Shown here piece after piece: positions 30,412-40,990 of a stretch of DNA of 64,000 nt. Within the stretch, counting starts at the first letter, position 1. The number at the start of each line of letters is the position of its first letter. Source of the stretch: an uncultured bacterium. GTDB taxonomy: Bacteria; Patescibacteriota; Minisyncoccia; Moranbacterales; UBA2206. The position numbers and the translations under genes were made by a program. Location: contig CAIZXS010000017.1 in NCBI GenBank assembly GCA_903937035.1, forward strand, positions 660 to 64,659, read 5' to 3'. The notes under the pieces are model-generated. The model saw only the letters and a list, made by a program, of their open reading frames with translations, was not told the origin of the DNA and made no database searches.

Positions 30412-32832
30412 ATGCGTTATTCATTTGGTTGGTTACAAGAATTAAGCGGAACAAAACTATCTCCTGAAAAAGCGGCGGAGCTTTTGACGATGCATTCGTT
30501 TGAGATTGAAGGTTTGGAGAAAAACAATAATAATTTTGATGGTGTGGTGGTGGGTGAAATATTGGAAATCACAAAGCATCCAAACGCTGATAAATTACAG
30601 ATCGCAATCGTAGAGACGCATTGCAACGCGTCTGTACAAAAATTGCAAATCGTCTGCGGCGCGCCAAATATTGCGGTTGGTCAAAAAGTGCCAGTAGCCT
30701 TAGTTGGGACGACATTGCCGGGGGATTTTACAATCAAAGAGGCTGAAATCCGCGGAGTGAAATCTTTTGGTATGCTTTGCGCGGAGGATGAGCTAGGCTT
30801 AGGCAAAGATCATGCGGGAATTTTAATCCTCGATAAAAAGGCGAAAGTGGGTGAGTTGGCGGCAAAATATTTAGGCGGAACAGATGATAGTGTTTTGGAA
30901 ATTAAAGTCTTGCCGGATCGCGCGCATGATATTTTGAGTCATGTTGGTGTGGCAAGAGAATTGGCTGTTTTGGAAAAAAGGAAGTTCTCCGCCCAAGGTG
31001 GATCCGCCTCAGGCGGAGCCTATGCTTTTGACGAGCTGATTTTACCAACAAAAAAAAACCAAAAACTGAAAGTGGAAATTAAAGATAAGGATTTGTGCAG
31101 GAGATACATTGGCGCGGTGATGGAAAATATTGTCATTAAAGAATCGCCACAATGGCTGAAAGACAGATTAGAAATTTGTGGTCTGCGGCCGATTAATAAT
31201 GTAGTAGATGCGACGAATTATGTAATGCTCGAGTTGGGACAGCCTCTGCATGCTTTTGATCGCGATTTAATTCAAGATGCTAATAAAAAATGTCAGATAG
31301 TGGTTCGCGGGGCTGTAAAAGATGAAAAAATGACACTTCTGGATGGTACTGAAATTGAACTATCGGAAAATAATCTTCTCATTACAAACGGCAAAACTCC
31401 TTTGGCACTTGCGGGGATTATGGGTGGAAAAGAGTCTGGAATAAATGAAAATACCAAAACGATTGTGCTTGAGGCGGCTAGCTTTGACGCGGTGAATATC
31501 AGAAGAACGCGAACGGCACTGGGACTGAACACTGATTCGTCTTATCGTTTTGAAAAAGATCTTGATCCTAATTTGACTGAAAAAGCGATGGTGCGCATTA
31601 TTGATATCTTGGAACATATTGCCGATGGAAATGTTGAGGGAATTGTGGATATTTATCCAAAGAAAATTAGTTCTTGGACAGTGAAGCTAGATTTGGAATA
31701 TGCTAATCAGCTCTTGGGGGAGAAAGTGCCGGAAAAAGAAATTTTAAATATTCTCAGTTTACTTGGAATTAAAGTGCAAAAGAAGAAGCTACTTGAGTGC
31801 CAAATTCCAACTTATCGCCTAGACTTGCGAACACAGGAAGATTTGATTGAAGATATCGGACGTGTTTGGGGTTATGAAAAAATTGCTCCGCGACCGATGG
31901 TGGCGGAAGTTTTGCCGGCAAAATTGAATGAGCAAGTTTTCTTTGAAAGAAAAATGCAAGATGTGCTCACAGGCCTCGGATTTGATGAAATGTATAATTA
32001 TTCTTTCTATAGTGCGGACGATTTGAGAAAAACCGGTCTTAGCGCGAGTGATCATTTGCAATTGGCCAATCCGATGAATCCCGATCAGGAATTTGTGCGG
32101 GCGTACATGGTGCCAAATATTTTGAAAAATGTGCGAGAAAATCTCAAGAATTTTTCATGCATTAGTATTTTTGAAATCGGCAAATGTTATCTGCTTAAAA
32201 ATAGTGAGCCTATCGAAGAGTGTAATTTGATTTTGGCAAAAGTGCTCGAGAAAGATTCTAATTTAGAAACATTTTATGGTTTGAAAGGCACGATGGAAGA
32301 TTTGCTTGAAGCGCTTAATATTAAAAATGTTCAATTTTTAGAAATTGAAAAACCTGGGACAATCTTAAATCCAGGAAGAACGGCGAAAATTAGTGTGGGC
32401 GGAAAAGTCGTCGGCTTTATTGGCGAAGTCAATCAAGCAGTGCTCGCGAGCTATAAAATCTCTAAGCGTCTAGCGGTGGCAGAAATAAACCTAGAAGTGT
32501 TGCGCCTCCTTCGCCAAGGCTCCGGCGGGCCGAAGAAAAATATTTTAGAGTATAAGCCAATCAATAAATTCCCAGTCGTTTCTCGTGATATTTCAATGAT
32601 TGTTCCGAAAGAAATTAAATATGCTGAGATTGTTGCATTGGCTAAGAAAAATGGCGGAGAATTAATCGATAATATTTTATTATTTGATCGTTTTGAAGCC
32701 AAAAATAGTATGGCGATCAGGATTGAAATGAGCGCGAAAGACCGAACATTGGAAGGTGCTGAGATTGATGCAGCGATGGAAAAAATCGTTTCCAGTTTGA
32801 AAGATGATTTAAGGGTTGAAGTGAGGAAGTGA
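30412..32832 (+). CDS. pheT: Phenylalanyl-tRNA synthetase beta subunit
   Basis: N-terminus MRYSFGWLQEL; tRNA-binding, B3/4, B5 and FDX-ACB architecture by length and similarity. Confidence 0.9.
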   Translation: MRYSFGWLQELSGTKLSPEKAAELLTMHSFEIEGLEKNNNNFDGVVVGEILEITKHPNADKLQIAIVETHCNASVQKLQIVCGAPNIAVGQKVPVALVGTTLPGDFTIKEAEIRGVKSFGMLCAEDELGLGKDHAGILILDKKAKVGELAAKYLGGTDDSVLEIKVLPDRAHDILSHVGVARELAVLEKRKFSAQGGSASGGAYAFDELILPTKKNQKLKVEIKDKDLCRRYIGAVMENIVIKESPQWLKDRLEICGLRPINNVVDATNYVMLELGQPLHAFDRDLIQDANKKCQIVVRGAVKDEKMTLLDGTEIELSENNLLITNGKTPLALAGIMGGKESGINENTKTIVLEAASFDAVNIRRTRTALGLNTDSSYRFEKDLDPNLTEKAMVRIIDILEHIADGNVEGIVDIYPKKISSWTVKLDLEYANQLLGEKVPEKEILNILSLLGIKVQKKKLLECQIPTYRLDLRTQEDLIEDIGRVWGYEKIAPRPMVAEVLPAKLNEQVFFERKMQDVLTGLGFDEMYNYSFYSADDLRKTGLSASDHLQLANPMNPDQEFVRAYMVPNILKNVRENLKNFSCISIFEIGKCYLLKNSEPIEECNLILAKVLEKDSNLETFYGLKGTMEDLLEALNIKNVQFLEIEKPGTILNPGRTAKISVGGKVVGFIGEVNQAVLASYKISKRLAVAEINLEVLRLLRQGSGGPKKNILEYKPINKFPVVSRDISMIVPKEIKYAEIVALAKKNGGELIDNILLFDRFEAKNSMAIRIEMSAKDRTLEGAEIDAAMEKIVSSLKDDLRVEVRK

Positions 32833-32864
32833 AAAAATAAACATCAAACGAGGGGAGGTATAAA

Positions 32865-33125
32865 ATGACGACTAGTTCTTTGGATGTACGTGGTTATTTG
32901 GATGAATCTATTGGCAAGTACACACCACTTCAGGGTAATATTTGTAAAAGCGAATGCTGTAATGGGAAAGTTGTCAAGGAAGTGCTGGGTATTTATCGGG
33001 GAGAATTTAAATATTCTATCCCAACTTGTCAAAATTGTGGAAGGCTATATTTTTTGGCAGAAAATGTTTCCACAAAAGGAAAAGAGGACTTTGTAGATAA
33101 AGTAAATCAACCTTTTACTGTTTAG
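32865..33125 (+). CDS. Small zinc-ribbon protein
   Basis: CKSECC...CQNCG; strong RBS AGGGGAGG. Confidence 0.45.
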   Translation: MTTSSLDVRGYLDESIGKYTPLQGNICKSECCNGKVVKEVLGIYRGEFKYSIPTCQNCGRLYFLAENVSTKGKEDFVDKVNQPFTV

Positions 33126-33198
33126 TCATGTTTGGAGTGATGCTTGAATCCGAGCTCACTCCAAAATTTATAAAAAAAGAATTTTTAAATATACATCA

Positions 33199-35829
33199 AT
33201 GCAAGAAATTCCAAAAACCTACGAACCCCAAAAATACGAAGACAAGATTTATTCGTTATGGGAAAAATCCGGAAAATTTAATCCGGATAATTTGAAGTTG
33301 CCAAAAAACGCTAAACCGTACACGATTATTCTTCCGCCACCGAACATTACGGACAAACTGCATCTTGGACACGCTTCGATTATTGCAATTGAAGATTTAT
33401 TGATTCGCTTTCATCGCATGAAAGGTTTTCGGGCGCTCTATTTGCCTGGAACTGACCATGCTTCAATTGCTACGCAAAATGTGGTGGAAAAAAAGCTGCT
33501 GAAAGATCAGGGGCTAACTCGCCATGATTTGGGACGGGAAAAATTTTTGGAAGAAGTTTGGAAATTTTTGCGTGTGACTCAAGCGACGATCTTGAAACAA
33601 GCACGCAAGATGGGCGGGTCTTTTGATTGGTCGCGCGAAGCTTTCACACTAGACGCCCAGAGGAAAAAAGCCGTGACCAAAATGTTTTTGGATATGCACG
33701 CGGAAGGTTTGGTTTATCGCGGGAAAAGAATTGTCAATTGGTGCCCACGTTGTAAATCAACTTTGGCGGATGACGAAGTGGAATATAATGAAGAAATCGG
33801 AAAACTGTATTGGATCAGATATGGACCATTTGTTTTGGCAACTTCACGACCAGAAACAAAACTTGGTGATACGGCCGTGGCAGTCTATCCCGGCGATAAG
33901 CGTTATGCGAAAATGGTCGGGAAGAAATATATGATTCCCGGAGTTTTGGGAGAATTTGAAATCACAGTTGTGGCTGACAAGGCGGTGGATCCAAAATTTG
34001 GCAGTGGCGCAATCAAAGTCACTCCGGCGCATGATTTTACAGACTATGCGATTTCTCAAAAACATAATATTGCCTTGAAACAAATCATTGATGAAGATGG
34101 AAAAATGATGTCAAATTGTGGCAAATATGCCGGAATGACCACGCTAGAGGCAAGAAAAGCGATCGTGGCTGATATGGAAAAGATGGGGTTTATTGATCAC
34201 GTTGAAGATGGCTACAAGCATAATTTAGCAACCTGCTATCGATGCGGAGCAACGATCGAACCAATCCCTTCCGAGCAATGGTTTTTGGCGGTGGACAAAA
34301 AACTCAAACGCCTAGGAGGAAAATCGCTCAAAGAAAAGGCGCTCGAAGTGGCAAAAAATGGAAAGATCAAATTTTACCCTTTTCGCTTTACGAAGCGCTA
34401 CATTGATTGGATGACAAATTTGCATGACTGGTGTATTTCTCGCCAAATTTGGTTTGGGCATGAGTTTCCAGTTTGGTACAGAGACAGTAATCAGAAATCA
34501 GTGAGCAGCGAACAGCAGAAGGAGATTTATGTTGGTGAAAAAGCGCCGAAAGGTAAGGGTTGGGTGAGGGACCCGGATACTTTTGATACTTGGTTTTCTT
34601 CGGGAATGTGGAGTTTTTCGACACTGGGCTGGCCCGATAATTATAAAAATAATAAAAAAACAGGGGATTTGGCGAAGTTTCATCCTACACAGGTATTGGA
34701 AACTGGTTATGAAATTTTGACTTTGTGGGTTTCGCGGATGATTATGATGTCACTTTTTGCGCTTGGTGAAATTCCCTTTGAGAATGTTTATTTGCACGGA
34801 ATGGTCTTGGATCAATTTGGCAAAAAGATGTCGAAATCAAAGGGCAATGGAATCGATCCGATGGATATGATCGAAAAATTTGGAACCGATGCAGTGAGAC
34901 TTTCACTGCTCATTGGCTCTGCTCCGGGAAATGATATGCGCTTGTCGGAAGAGAAAATTGCTAGTTACAGAAATTTTGTCACCAAACTTTGGAATATCTA
35001 TCGCTATTGCGTTCACGCTGATGGTAAGTTTTTATTGATTGAGAAAATAAGCCAGAAAGATTTGAAGTCACTTTCTGATAGGTGGATTGTCAGTGAGCTC
35101 AATAGGCTAATTGAAGCGGTTACCGATAATTTGAATGAATATAAATTCTCGTTAGCAGGAGAGATGCTTGAGAAATTTATTTGGAATGATTTTGCGTCGT
35201 GGTACCTTGAAATAAATAAGCTGGAAAATAATTCGAAAGTGCTTGGCTATGTTTTAGATAAAATCTTGAAGCTGTCGCATCCTTTTGCTCCTTTTATCAC
35301 CGAAAAGATTTGGCAGGATATGTATGAGGGTAAATGCATTTTAATGGTCGAAAAATGGCCAGTGGCGGACAAAAAACTGATTGACAAAAAAGCTCAGATG
35401 GAGTTTGATAGCCTCAGGCAGGTTGTGAGTAAGATTAGGAATACCCGCGCTAGCTATCACATTGATCCAGGCAAAACGATTCAAGTTTTTGCTAAAAAGG
35501 CAGAAAATAAAGAAGTATTGGAAAAGCTGGCGCGGATAAAAATTGACATTGTTTCGAAAATTGATACTAATGGAATTGTGGTCGCTGGAAAAAAAATCAA
35601 GCTGACTTTGGCGATTTCCGACCTGGTGGACATAGAAAAAGAGAAAGCAAGATTGGGAAAGGAGATTGCTAATCTGGAGGGATTAATCGTGAAGACCGGA
35701 GCGCTGCTCGGTAATAAGAATTTTGTAAAAAGTGCACCAAAAGAGATTATTTTGGTGAATCAAGCGAAATTGAAAGAATATGGCGATAAGCTGAAAATTC
35801 AGCAAGAGCTTTTTGAAAACTTGAGATAA
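33199..35829 (+). CDS. valS: Valyl-tRNA synthetase
   Basis: HIGH motif PPPNITDKLHLGHA; KMSKS motif KMSKSKGN; C-terminal coiled-coil. Confidence 0.93.
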   Translation: MQEIPKTYEPQKYEDKIYSLWEKSGKFNPDNLKLPKNAKPYTIILPPPNITDKLHLGHASIIAIEDLLIRFHRMKGFRALYLPGTDHASIATQNVVEKKLLKDQGLTRHDLGREKFLEEVWKFLRVTQATILKQARKMGGSFDWSREAFTLDAQRKKAVTKMFLDMHAEGLVYRGKRIVNWCPRCKSTLADDEVEYNEEIGKLYWIRYGPFVLATSRPETKLGDTAVAVYPGDKRYAKMVGKKYMIPGVLGEFEITVVADKAVDPKFGSGAIKVTPAHDFTDYAISQKHNIALKQIIDEDGKMMSNCGKYAGMTTLEARKAIVADMEKMGFIDHVEDGYKHNLATCYRCGATIEPIPSEQWFLAVDKKLKRLGGKSLKEKALEVAKNGKIKFYPFRFTKRYIDWMTNLHDWCISRQIWFGHEFPVWYRDSNQKSVSSEQQKEIYVGEKAPKGKGWVRDPDTFDTWFSSGMWSFSTLGWPDNYKNNKKTGDLAKFHPTQVLETGYEILTLWVSRMIMMSLFALGEIPFENVYLHGMVLDQFGKKMSKSKGNGIDPMDMIEKFGTDAVRLSLLIGSAPGNDMRLSEEKIASYRNFVTKLWNIYRYCVHADGKFLLIEKISQKDLKSLSDRWIVSELNRLIEAVTDNLNEYKFSLAGEMLEKFIWNDFASWYLEINKLENNSKVLGYVLDKILKLSHPFAPFITEKIWQDMYEGKCILMVEKWPVADKKLIDKKAQMEFDSLRQVVSKIRNTRASYHIDPGKTIQVFAKKAENKEVLEKLARIKIDIVSKIDTNGIVVAGKKIKLTLAISDLVDIEKEKARLGKEIANLEGLIVKTGALLGNKNFVKSAPKEIILVNQAKLKEYGDKLKIQQELFENLR

Positions 35830-35859
35830 ATGTTCTTTTGAGCGGAAGAGGGGTCGTGA

Positions 35860-36189
35860 ATGAGCAAAAATGGTAGCAAGAATAATAATAAGAAGCCGGA
35901 AAATGGGAGAAAAATGACTCGTCATCATTTGCTTCCAGCTAGTCGGGGAGGGCTAACGGACCAGTATAATATTGTGACTATCCCGAGAAGGTATCATGAG
36001 AGTTGGCACATTTTTTTCGGAAATCTTACTCCACAAGAGGCGATTCAGTTTTTGAATGCTATTTTTCTTGGAGAAGGAAGGAAACAGCGTAGAAAAAAAT
36101 GGACGATGGAGAGTTTGTATGAGTTGCAGCTGACAATTCAAAAGCAGACGATTAGTATCGAAAAAAAGCAAAAAAAGAAGAAACAATAG
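35860..36189 (+). CDS. Small basic HNH-nuclease-fold protein
   Basis: RHHLLPASRGG...YNIVTIPRRYHESWH fits the HNH betabeta-alpha core (HH...N...H) without Cys knuckles. Confidence 0.5.
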   Translation: MSKNGSKNNNKKPENGRKMTRHHLLPASRGGLTDQYNIVTIPRRYHESWHIFFGNLTPQEAIQFLNAIFLGEGRKQRRKKWTMESLYELQLTIQKQTISIEKKQKKKKQ

Positions 36190-36211
36190 ACTTGTCGAGT
36201 ATATGTGAAAT

Positions 36212-36245
36212 AGCGGTGAGGCCAATGCTGAATCGCTATTTTTTG
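36212..36245 (+). terminator. Candidate terminator
   Basis: ATAGCG...CGCTAT stem followed by TTTTTT. Confidence 0.4.
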
Positions 36246-36251
36246 TCCCTA

Positions 36252-36280
36252 TTGACAAGAAATCGAAAACTCGCTAATAT
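36252..36280 (+). promoter_or_regulatory. Candidate sigma-70 promoter (TTGACA-17-TAATAT) for the infA-rpmJ-rpsM-rpsK-rpsD-rpoA-rplQ operon, with a ~200-nt leader
   Basis: Consensus hexamers with 17-nt spacing. Confidence 0.5.
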
Positions 36281-36486
36281 AGTTAAAGACATTGAAAAAC
36301 TGAATACAAAGTCTGCTTAGGCAGATTTTAAGTCCAAATAGAGGGAAAACTCAGAACTCATGAACTTGGACCATCTCATTCTCTCGAAGGGTAATCACTA
36401 AAAGCTAAATAAGCTTTTGGTTTTGACGCTTTGAGAAATTCCGTCTATTTTTTTATTTCTGTTTTATTTAATGTCAAAATTATTTT

Positions 36487-36708
36487 ATGGCACAAGACAA
36501 AGAAATAGTTAAATTAGAGGGTGTGGTTGTTGAGCTTTTGCCCAGTGCAACGTTCAAAGTTAAGTTGCCCAATGGTCATGAGATTTTCGCCTATATTTCC
36601 GGAAAAATGCGCGTAAACTATATTCGCCTGATTCCCGGAGATCGAGTGCTGGTTGAAATGAGCCCATATGACCTAACTAAGGGGCGAGTAGTGCAGCGGC
36701 TTAAATAA
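36487..36708 (+). CDS. infA: Translation initiation factor IF-1
   Basis: S1-like sequence [16 protein letters not shown]...[12 protein letters not shown]. Confidence 0.95.
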   Translation: MAQDKEIVKLEGVVVELLPSATFKVKLPNGHEIFAYISGKMRVNYIRLIPGDRVLVEMSPYDLTKGRVVQRLK

Positions 36709-36725
36709 AAATTTGTAAAAAATAT

Positions 36726-36839
36726 ATGAAAGTTAAGGCATCAGTTAGAAAAATTTGTGATAAGTGCAAGACCGTTAAAAGAAAGGGTGTGCTCTTTGTG
36801 ATTTGTTCTAATCCCAAGCACAAACAACGTCAAGGCTAG
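36726..36839 (+). CDS. rpmJ: 50S ribosomal protein L36
   Basis: [37 protein letters not shown]; below the 60-aa cutoff of the ORF track, found by eye. Confidence 0.9.
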   Translation: MKVKASVRKICDKCKTVKRKGVLFVICSNPKHKQRQG

Positions 36840-36875
36840 TTGGAAACTTTTTAATTAGTAGCAAGAATTATCAAT

Positions 36876-37262
36876 ATGTTAAGAATCGCTGGAGTAAATA
36901 TTCCTGATAATAAAAGAATCGAGATTTCACTCACCTATATATACGGAGTAGGTAAAAATACTTCTTCGGATATTTTGGCTGAGCTTAAAATTGATAAAGA
37001 TAAGAGAACTAAGGATTTGACCGAAGAGGAACAAAACAGTATTCGTAGTTATGTGGAAAAGAAAATTAAGATCGAAGGAGATTTAAAGTTAGAAGTGCGA
37101 GACAATGTAAAGCGTCTAAAGGAAGTCGGCTGTTACCGTGGAACAAGACACCAAAGAGGTCTTCCCGTACGTGGACAGAGAACCAAGACCAATAATCGTA
37201 CTGTTCGAGGTAATGTTCGAAGAACAATGGGGTCTGGTAGAGTGAAGACGGAAAAGACCTAG
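36876..37262 (+). CDS. rpsM: 30S ribosomal protein S13
   Basis: [26 protein letters not shown]. Confidence 0.95.
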   Translation: MLRIAGVNIPDNKRIEISLTYIYGVGKNTSSDILAELKIDKDKRTKDLTEEEQNSIRSYVEKKIKIEGDLKLEVRDNVKRLKEVGCYRGTRHQRGLPVRGQRTKTNNRTVRGNVRRTMGSGRVKTEKT

Positions 37263-37310
37263 AGTTAGCGATTAAGCGAGTATTTAAAGATTAGCTATAA
37301 GTATATTTTT

Positions 37311-37796
37311 ATGACGAATGATACACAGCAAAAAAAGGCAGAAGAAGTAGTCGCTCCAAAGGCGGAGATTTCTGATGCAGCGATTCTTTCCACTCTTTCT
37401 GGTGAAGAAGTGAAATTGGAGCTTAAGAAAGTCAAGAAAGCCAAAAAACAAGTATTGAAAGGCCGAGCAACAGTAAAATGTTCTTATAATAATACGATTG
37501 TTAATATTTCTGATAGTGAAGGCGGAGTTCTTGGGTGGTGTTCATCAGGACTCTTAGGGTTCAAAGGTGCAAAAAAAGCCACTCCCTACGCTGCAACTCA
37601 AGTCGTGGCTAATGTTAGTGAAAAGGTTAGAAAATATGGCGTTAAAGAATTGGAAGTGTTTGTTCGTGGAGTAGGGTCTGGGCGAGAAGCTTCAATCCGC
37701 GCACTGGCAAACAATGGCTTTGAAATTACTATGATTAAAGATACAACGCCAATTCCTCATAATGGTTGTCGTGCCAAGAAACCTCGTCGAGTTTAA
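37311..37796 (+). CDS. rpsK: 30S ribosomal protein S11 with ~35-aa N-terminal extension
   Basis: SYNNTIVNISD...GFKGAKKATPYAAT...VRGVGSGRE. Confidence 0.93.
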   Translation: MTNDTQQKKAEEVVAPKAEISDAAILSTLSGEEVKLELKKVKKAKKQVLKGRATVKCSYNNTIVNISDSEGGVLGWCSSGLLGFKGAKKATPYAATQVVANVSEKVRKYGVKELEVFVRGVGSGREASIRALANNGFEITMIKDTTPIPHNGCRAKKPRRV

Positions 37797-37835
37797 TTTT
37801 AGTTTTTGTATAAATTATTTATTTAGAAAGAGCAT

Positions 37836-38471
37836 ATGGCTAGAGATACTCAAGCACAATGTCGAAAATGTCGAAGAGCAATGGAGAAACTTTTCCTAAA
37901 AGGTGACCGTTGTAACGGTCCAAAATGTGGAATGATTAAACGCGCCTATATTCCTGGAGTGCACGGCAAAAAAATGTCTCGTGGTAACCGCAGTGAATAT
38001 GGTATCCAGTTGGCTGCCAAACAAAAGATTAAGCGCATTTATGGAGTTTTGGAAAAGCAATTTAGAAAACACTTTAGTGATGTTAAGGGTAAAAAAGGTG
38101 TGACCGGAGATCTATTACTTATTCGTTTGGAGACAAGATTGGATAATGTTGTATATCGTCTCGGCTTTGGCGCTTCACGTGCTCAATCCCGTCAACTTGT
38201 TAATCATGGACTTATCGCAGTTAATGGTCGCAAGGTTTCCATTCCATCCTACGAGGTGAAAGTTGGACAGACAATTAGCATTAAAGCTGGGAAAGAGCAG
38301 AAAAATTATTTCAAAAATATTGACCAAGCACTAAAAAATAAGCAAGATTTCCCAAGCTGGATGATATTTGATTCAGCAAAAATTGAAGGGAAAATTGTTA
38401 GTCTTCCAACTCGTGAAGAGATTGGTACTAATGTTGATGCTCAGGTTGTGGTTGAGTATTACTCACGATAA
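37836..38471 (+). CDS. rpsD: 30S ribosomal protein S4
   Basis: CRKCRR...LETRLDNVVYRLGF...S4 domain. Confidence 0.93.
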   Translation: MARDTQAQCRKCRRAMEKLFLKGDRCNGPKCGMIKRAYIPGVHGKKMSRGNRSEYGIQLAAKQKIKRIYGVLEKQFRKHFSDVKGKKGVTGDLLLIRLETRLDNVVYRLGFGASRAQSRQLVNHGLIAVNGRKVSIPSYEVKVGQTISIKAGKEQKNYFKNIDQALKNKQDFPSWMIFDSAKIEGKIVSLPTREEIGTNVDAQVVVEYYSR

Positions 38472-38544
38472 TTAAAATATGGGAGAGCGTGTGTCTAAGA
38501 AACATACGTTATATTTCCCCTAATTATTAAAATTTTATAAACAA

Positions 38545-39513
38545 ATGCAAGCAATAACACTTCCTCAAAAACCTAAATACGTTCCAATCGATGAAAAGAC
38601 TGGTCTTTTTGAAATCGATGGTTGTTATCCTGGCTATGGAACGACCGTAGGTAATGCTCTTAGACGTGTGCTTCTTTCGTCTCTTCCAGGCTCTGCTATT
38701 ACTTCTGTTAAAATCAAGGGTGTAAAGCATGAGTTTTCTACTATTCCTAATGTTTTAGAGGATGTGATTCAGATCGTTTTAAACTTGAAGCAAGTTCGCT
38801 TGAAATCTCATAAGGATGAGCCAGTGACAGTCACACTGAGTGTTAGAGGGGAAAGGGTGATCACAGCTGGAATGATTAAGTGTCCAACTGATGTCGAAGT
38901 TATTACAAAAGATGCTCCAATCGCTACTATTACCAATGCTAAGGGTGAATTTGATATGGAAATGGAAGTGGAAAATGGGATTGGTTATGTTCCAGTTGAT
39001 CAGCAAATTAGAGACAAGAAAGAAGTGGGCATGATTGCTCTTGACGCAATTTATACTCCGATTCGTCGAGTGAACTATACCATTGAAAATATGCGCGTGG
39101 GGAAAAGAACTGATTTCGAAAAGATCAAATTGGAAGTGGCAACTGATGGTAGCATTTCTCCAAAAGAGGCTTTTTCGCAGGCAGTTAAAATTCTTAGTGA
39201 TCAATTTTCAGTTCTAACTTCAATTAAAGAAGTAGAAGAAGTAGTTGAGGAGGAAGTGGTTGAGGCTCCAATTGAAGCGGAGGTGACTGAGGTGGTTGCG
39301 GAGGATGTGACTAAGACAGAGGTTGCTGCGCTTAAGAATCTTTCTACCCGGACTTTGAATGTTTTGGAAAAGGCCAATATTGCAACTGTTGCTGATATCG
39401 TAAAACTTACTGAGGTGCAAGTTGGAGAATTAGAAGGTATGGGAGCAAAAGGAATCAAAGAGATCAAGAAAGCAATTGGAGACTTTGGAATTAATCTCAA
39501 AAAAGAAGACTAA
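38545..39513 (+). CDS. rpoA: DNA-directed RNA polymerase alpha subunit
   Basis: N-terminal domain GYGTTVGNALRRVLLSSLPG; C-terminal helix-hairpin-helix domain. Confidence 0.95.
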   Translation: MQAITLPQKPKYVPIDEKTGLFEIDGCYPGYGTTVGNALRRVLLSSLPGSAITSVKIKGVKHEFSTIPNVLEDVIQIVLNLKQVRLKSHKDEPVTVTLSVRGERVITAGMIKCPTDVEVITKDAPIATITNAKGEFDMEMEVENGIGYVPVDQQIRDKKEVGMIALDAIYTPIRRVNYTIENMRVGKRTDFEKIKLEVATDGSISPKEAFSQAVKILSDQFSVLTSIKEVEEVVEEEVVEAPIEAEVTEVVAEDVTKTEVAALKNLSTRTLNVLEKANIATVADIVKLTEVQVGELEGMGAKGIKEIKKAIGDFGINLKKED

Positions 39514-39539
39514 TATTTCCGTTTTTTAAGTAAAATATT

Positions 39540-39905
39540 ATGCGACATCAAAATAAGGGAAGAGAATTAGGCAGAGAGCGAAGTCAAAGAAAAGCGTTAT
39601 TCAGAACAATGCTTGGCAGTTTGATTATGCAAGAAAAGATTGAGACTACCGAGGCAAAGGCTAAGGAACTGAAAGGCAAAATTGATCGCTTGATTAACAA
39701 AGCTAAAAAGGGGAAAGACCCAGTGCGCAAATTAGCGATTATTCGAGATCTCAAAAAATATATCCCAGCTATGGCAATGAAAAAAGTGACTGGTGAGTTT
39801 TTGGATAAATTTGAAAAAAGAAGTAGCGGTTATACTAGAATAATTAAATTAGCGCCAAGAAAAAGCGATTCAGCAAGAATTGCGATTATCGAATTCGTAT
39901 ACTAA
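39540..39905 (+). CDS. rplQ: 50S ribosomal protein L17
   Basis: MRHQNKGRELGR...LFRTM. Confidence 0.93.
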   Translation: MRHQNKGRELGRERSQRKALFRTMLGSLIMQEKIETTEAKAKELKGKIDRLINKAKKGKDPVRKLAIIRDLKKYIPAMAMKKVTGEFLDKFEKRSSGYTRIIKLAPRKSDSARIAIIEFVY

Positions 39906-39909
39906 ATTT

Positions 39910-40302
39910 ATGATTACCAGAAAATATCATCTTTTTGATGCAACAGATAAAACGCCAGGAAGAATGTCAACTGAAATTGCCCGAATTTTACGTGGGAAAA
40001 ATAAGGTTGATTTTACACCACATATCGACGGAGGGGATTTCGTGGTTGTAATTAATTCTGACAATGTCAAGATTGCTTATGGCAAGGGAGACAAAAAAAT
40101 CTATTACCGCTTTTCCGGTTATCCTGGAGGAATCACTGCAACTAAACTGAAAGATCAAATTGAGAAGGATTCAAGAAAAGTTATCAAAGATGCTGTTTAT
40201 GGAATGCTTTGCAAGAACAAACTGCGAGACAAAATGATGAAGAGACTTCTCATCTACACTGACGCAACACACAAGCACACTATTGACGGAACAACTAACT
40301 AA
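39910..40302 (+). CDS. rplM: 50S ribosomal protein L13
   Basis: DATDKTPGRMSTEIARILRGKNKVDFTPH; start set at the MITRKY methionine. Confidence 0.9.
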   Translation: MITRKYHLFDATDKTPGRMSTEIARILRGKNKVDFTPHIDGGDFVVVINSDNVKIAYGKGDKKIYYRFSGYPGGITATKLKDQIEKDSRKVIKDAVYGMLCKNKLRDKMMKRLLIYTDATHKHTIDGTTN

Positions 40303-40318
40303 TACCTATTTTTAAACC

Positions 40319-40771
40319 ATGATGGACAAGAAAAAAGTTAAAATTGAAAAAGCAACGCCGGAAGTAAAGGCCGAAGCAGGCAGATATTTCTATGCAGTCG
40401 GAAAAAGAAAAACCGCCATTGCTCAGGTGCGCATCTATCCAACGGACACACCAGCTGACACGCTGGTCAATGATAAGAAATTGGAGCTCTATTTTTCTGT
40501 CCAACGTTTCGCTGATGTAGTGAAATCTGCCCTAACTTCTGTTGGACTTTCAGAGAAATTTAATATTACCGTGAAAGTGACTGGAGGCGGAATCAACGCC
40601 CAGGCCGAAGCAATTCGTTTGGGAATTTCGAGAGCGCTGATTAAGTTTGATGAGAGCTTGCGCAAGGTTTTGAAAGCAGAAGGCTTTTTGACTCGAGACG
40701 CGAGAGTGGTAGAAAGAAAGAAACCGGGACTCAAGAAAGCCCGCAAATCTCCACAGTGGGCTAAACGTTAG
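40319..40771 (+). CDS. rpsI: 30S ribosomal protein S9
   Basis: GKRKTAIAQVRIYP...GGGINAQAEAIRLGISRAL...KKPGLKKARK. Confidence 0.93.
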   Translation: MMDKKKVKIEKATPEVKAEAGRYFYAVGKRKTAIAQVRIYPTDTPADTLVNDKKLELYFSVQRFADVVKSALTSVGLSEKFNITVKVTGGGINAQAEAIRLGISRALIKFDESLRKVLKAEGFLTRDARVVERKKPGLKKARKSPQWAKR

Positions 40772-40839
40772 GCTTTTATATTATATTTTGTATTTATTCA
40801 GAAACGAGCTATATGCTCGTTTCTTTTTAATTATTTTTT

Positions 40840-40990
40840 TCTGTCATTCTGAGCGCAGCGCAGCGGAGTCGAAGAATCTGCTATAGGTTATTGTAAGTTT
40901 TATTATATTACAGAAAACTTGAGGTGATGGGTAGCAGATCCTTTGACTGCGTCCGAGTGTAGTTCTACTAAAACACGTTGAACGTACCGA
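40840..40990. repeat. Composite hairpin repeat, copy 3 (decayed)
   Basis: GTCATTCTGAGCGCAGC...GTCGAAGAATCTGCTA with partial reverse-complement right arm TAGCAGATCCTTTGAC...TGCGTCCGAG. Confidence 0.55.
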
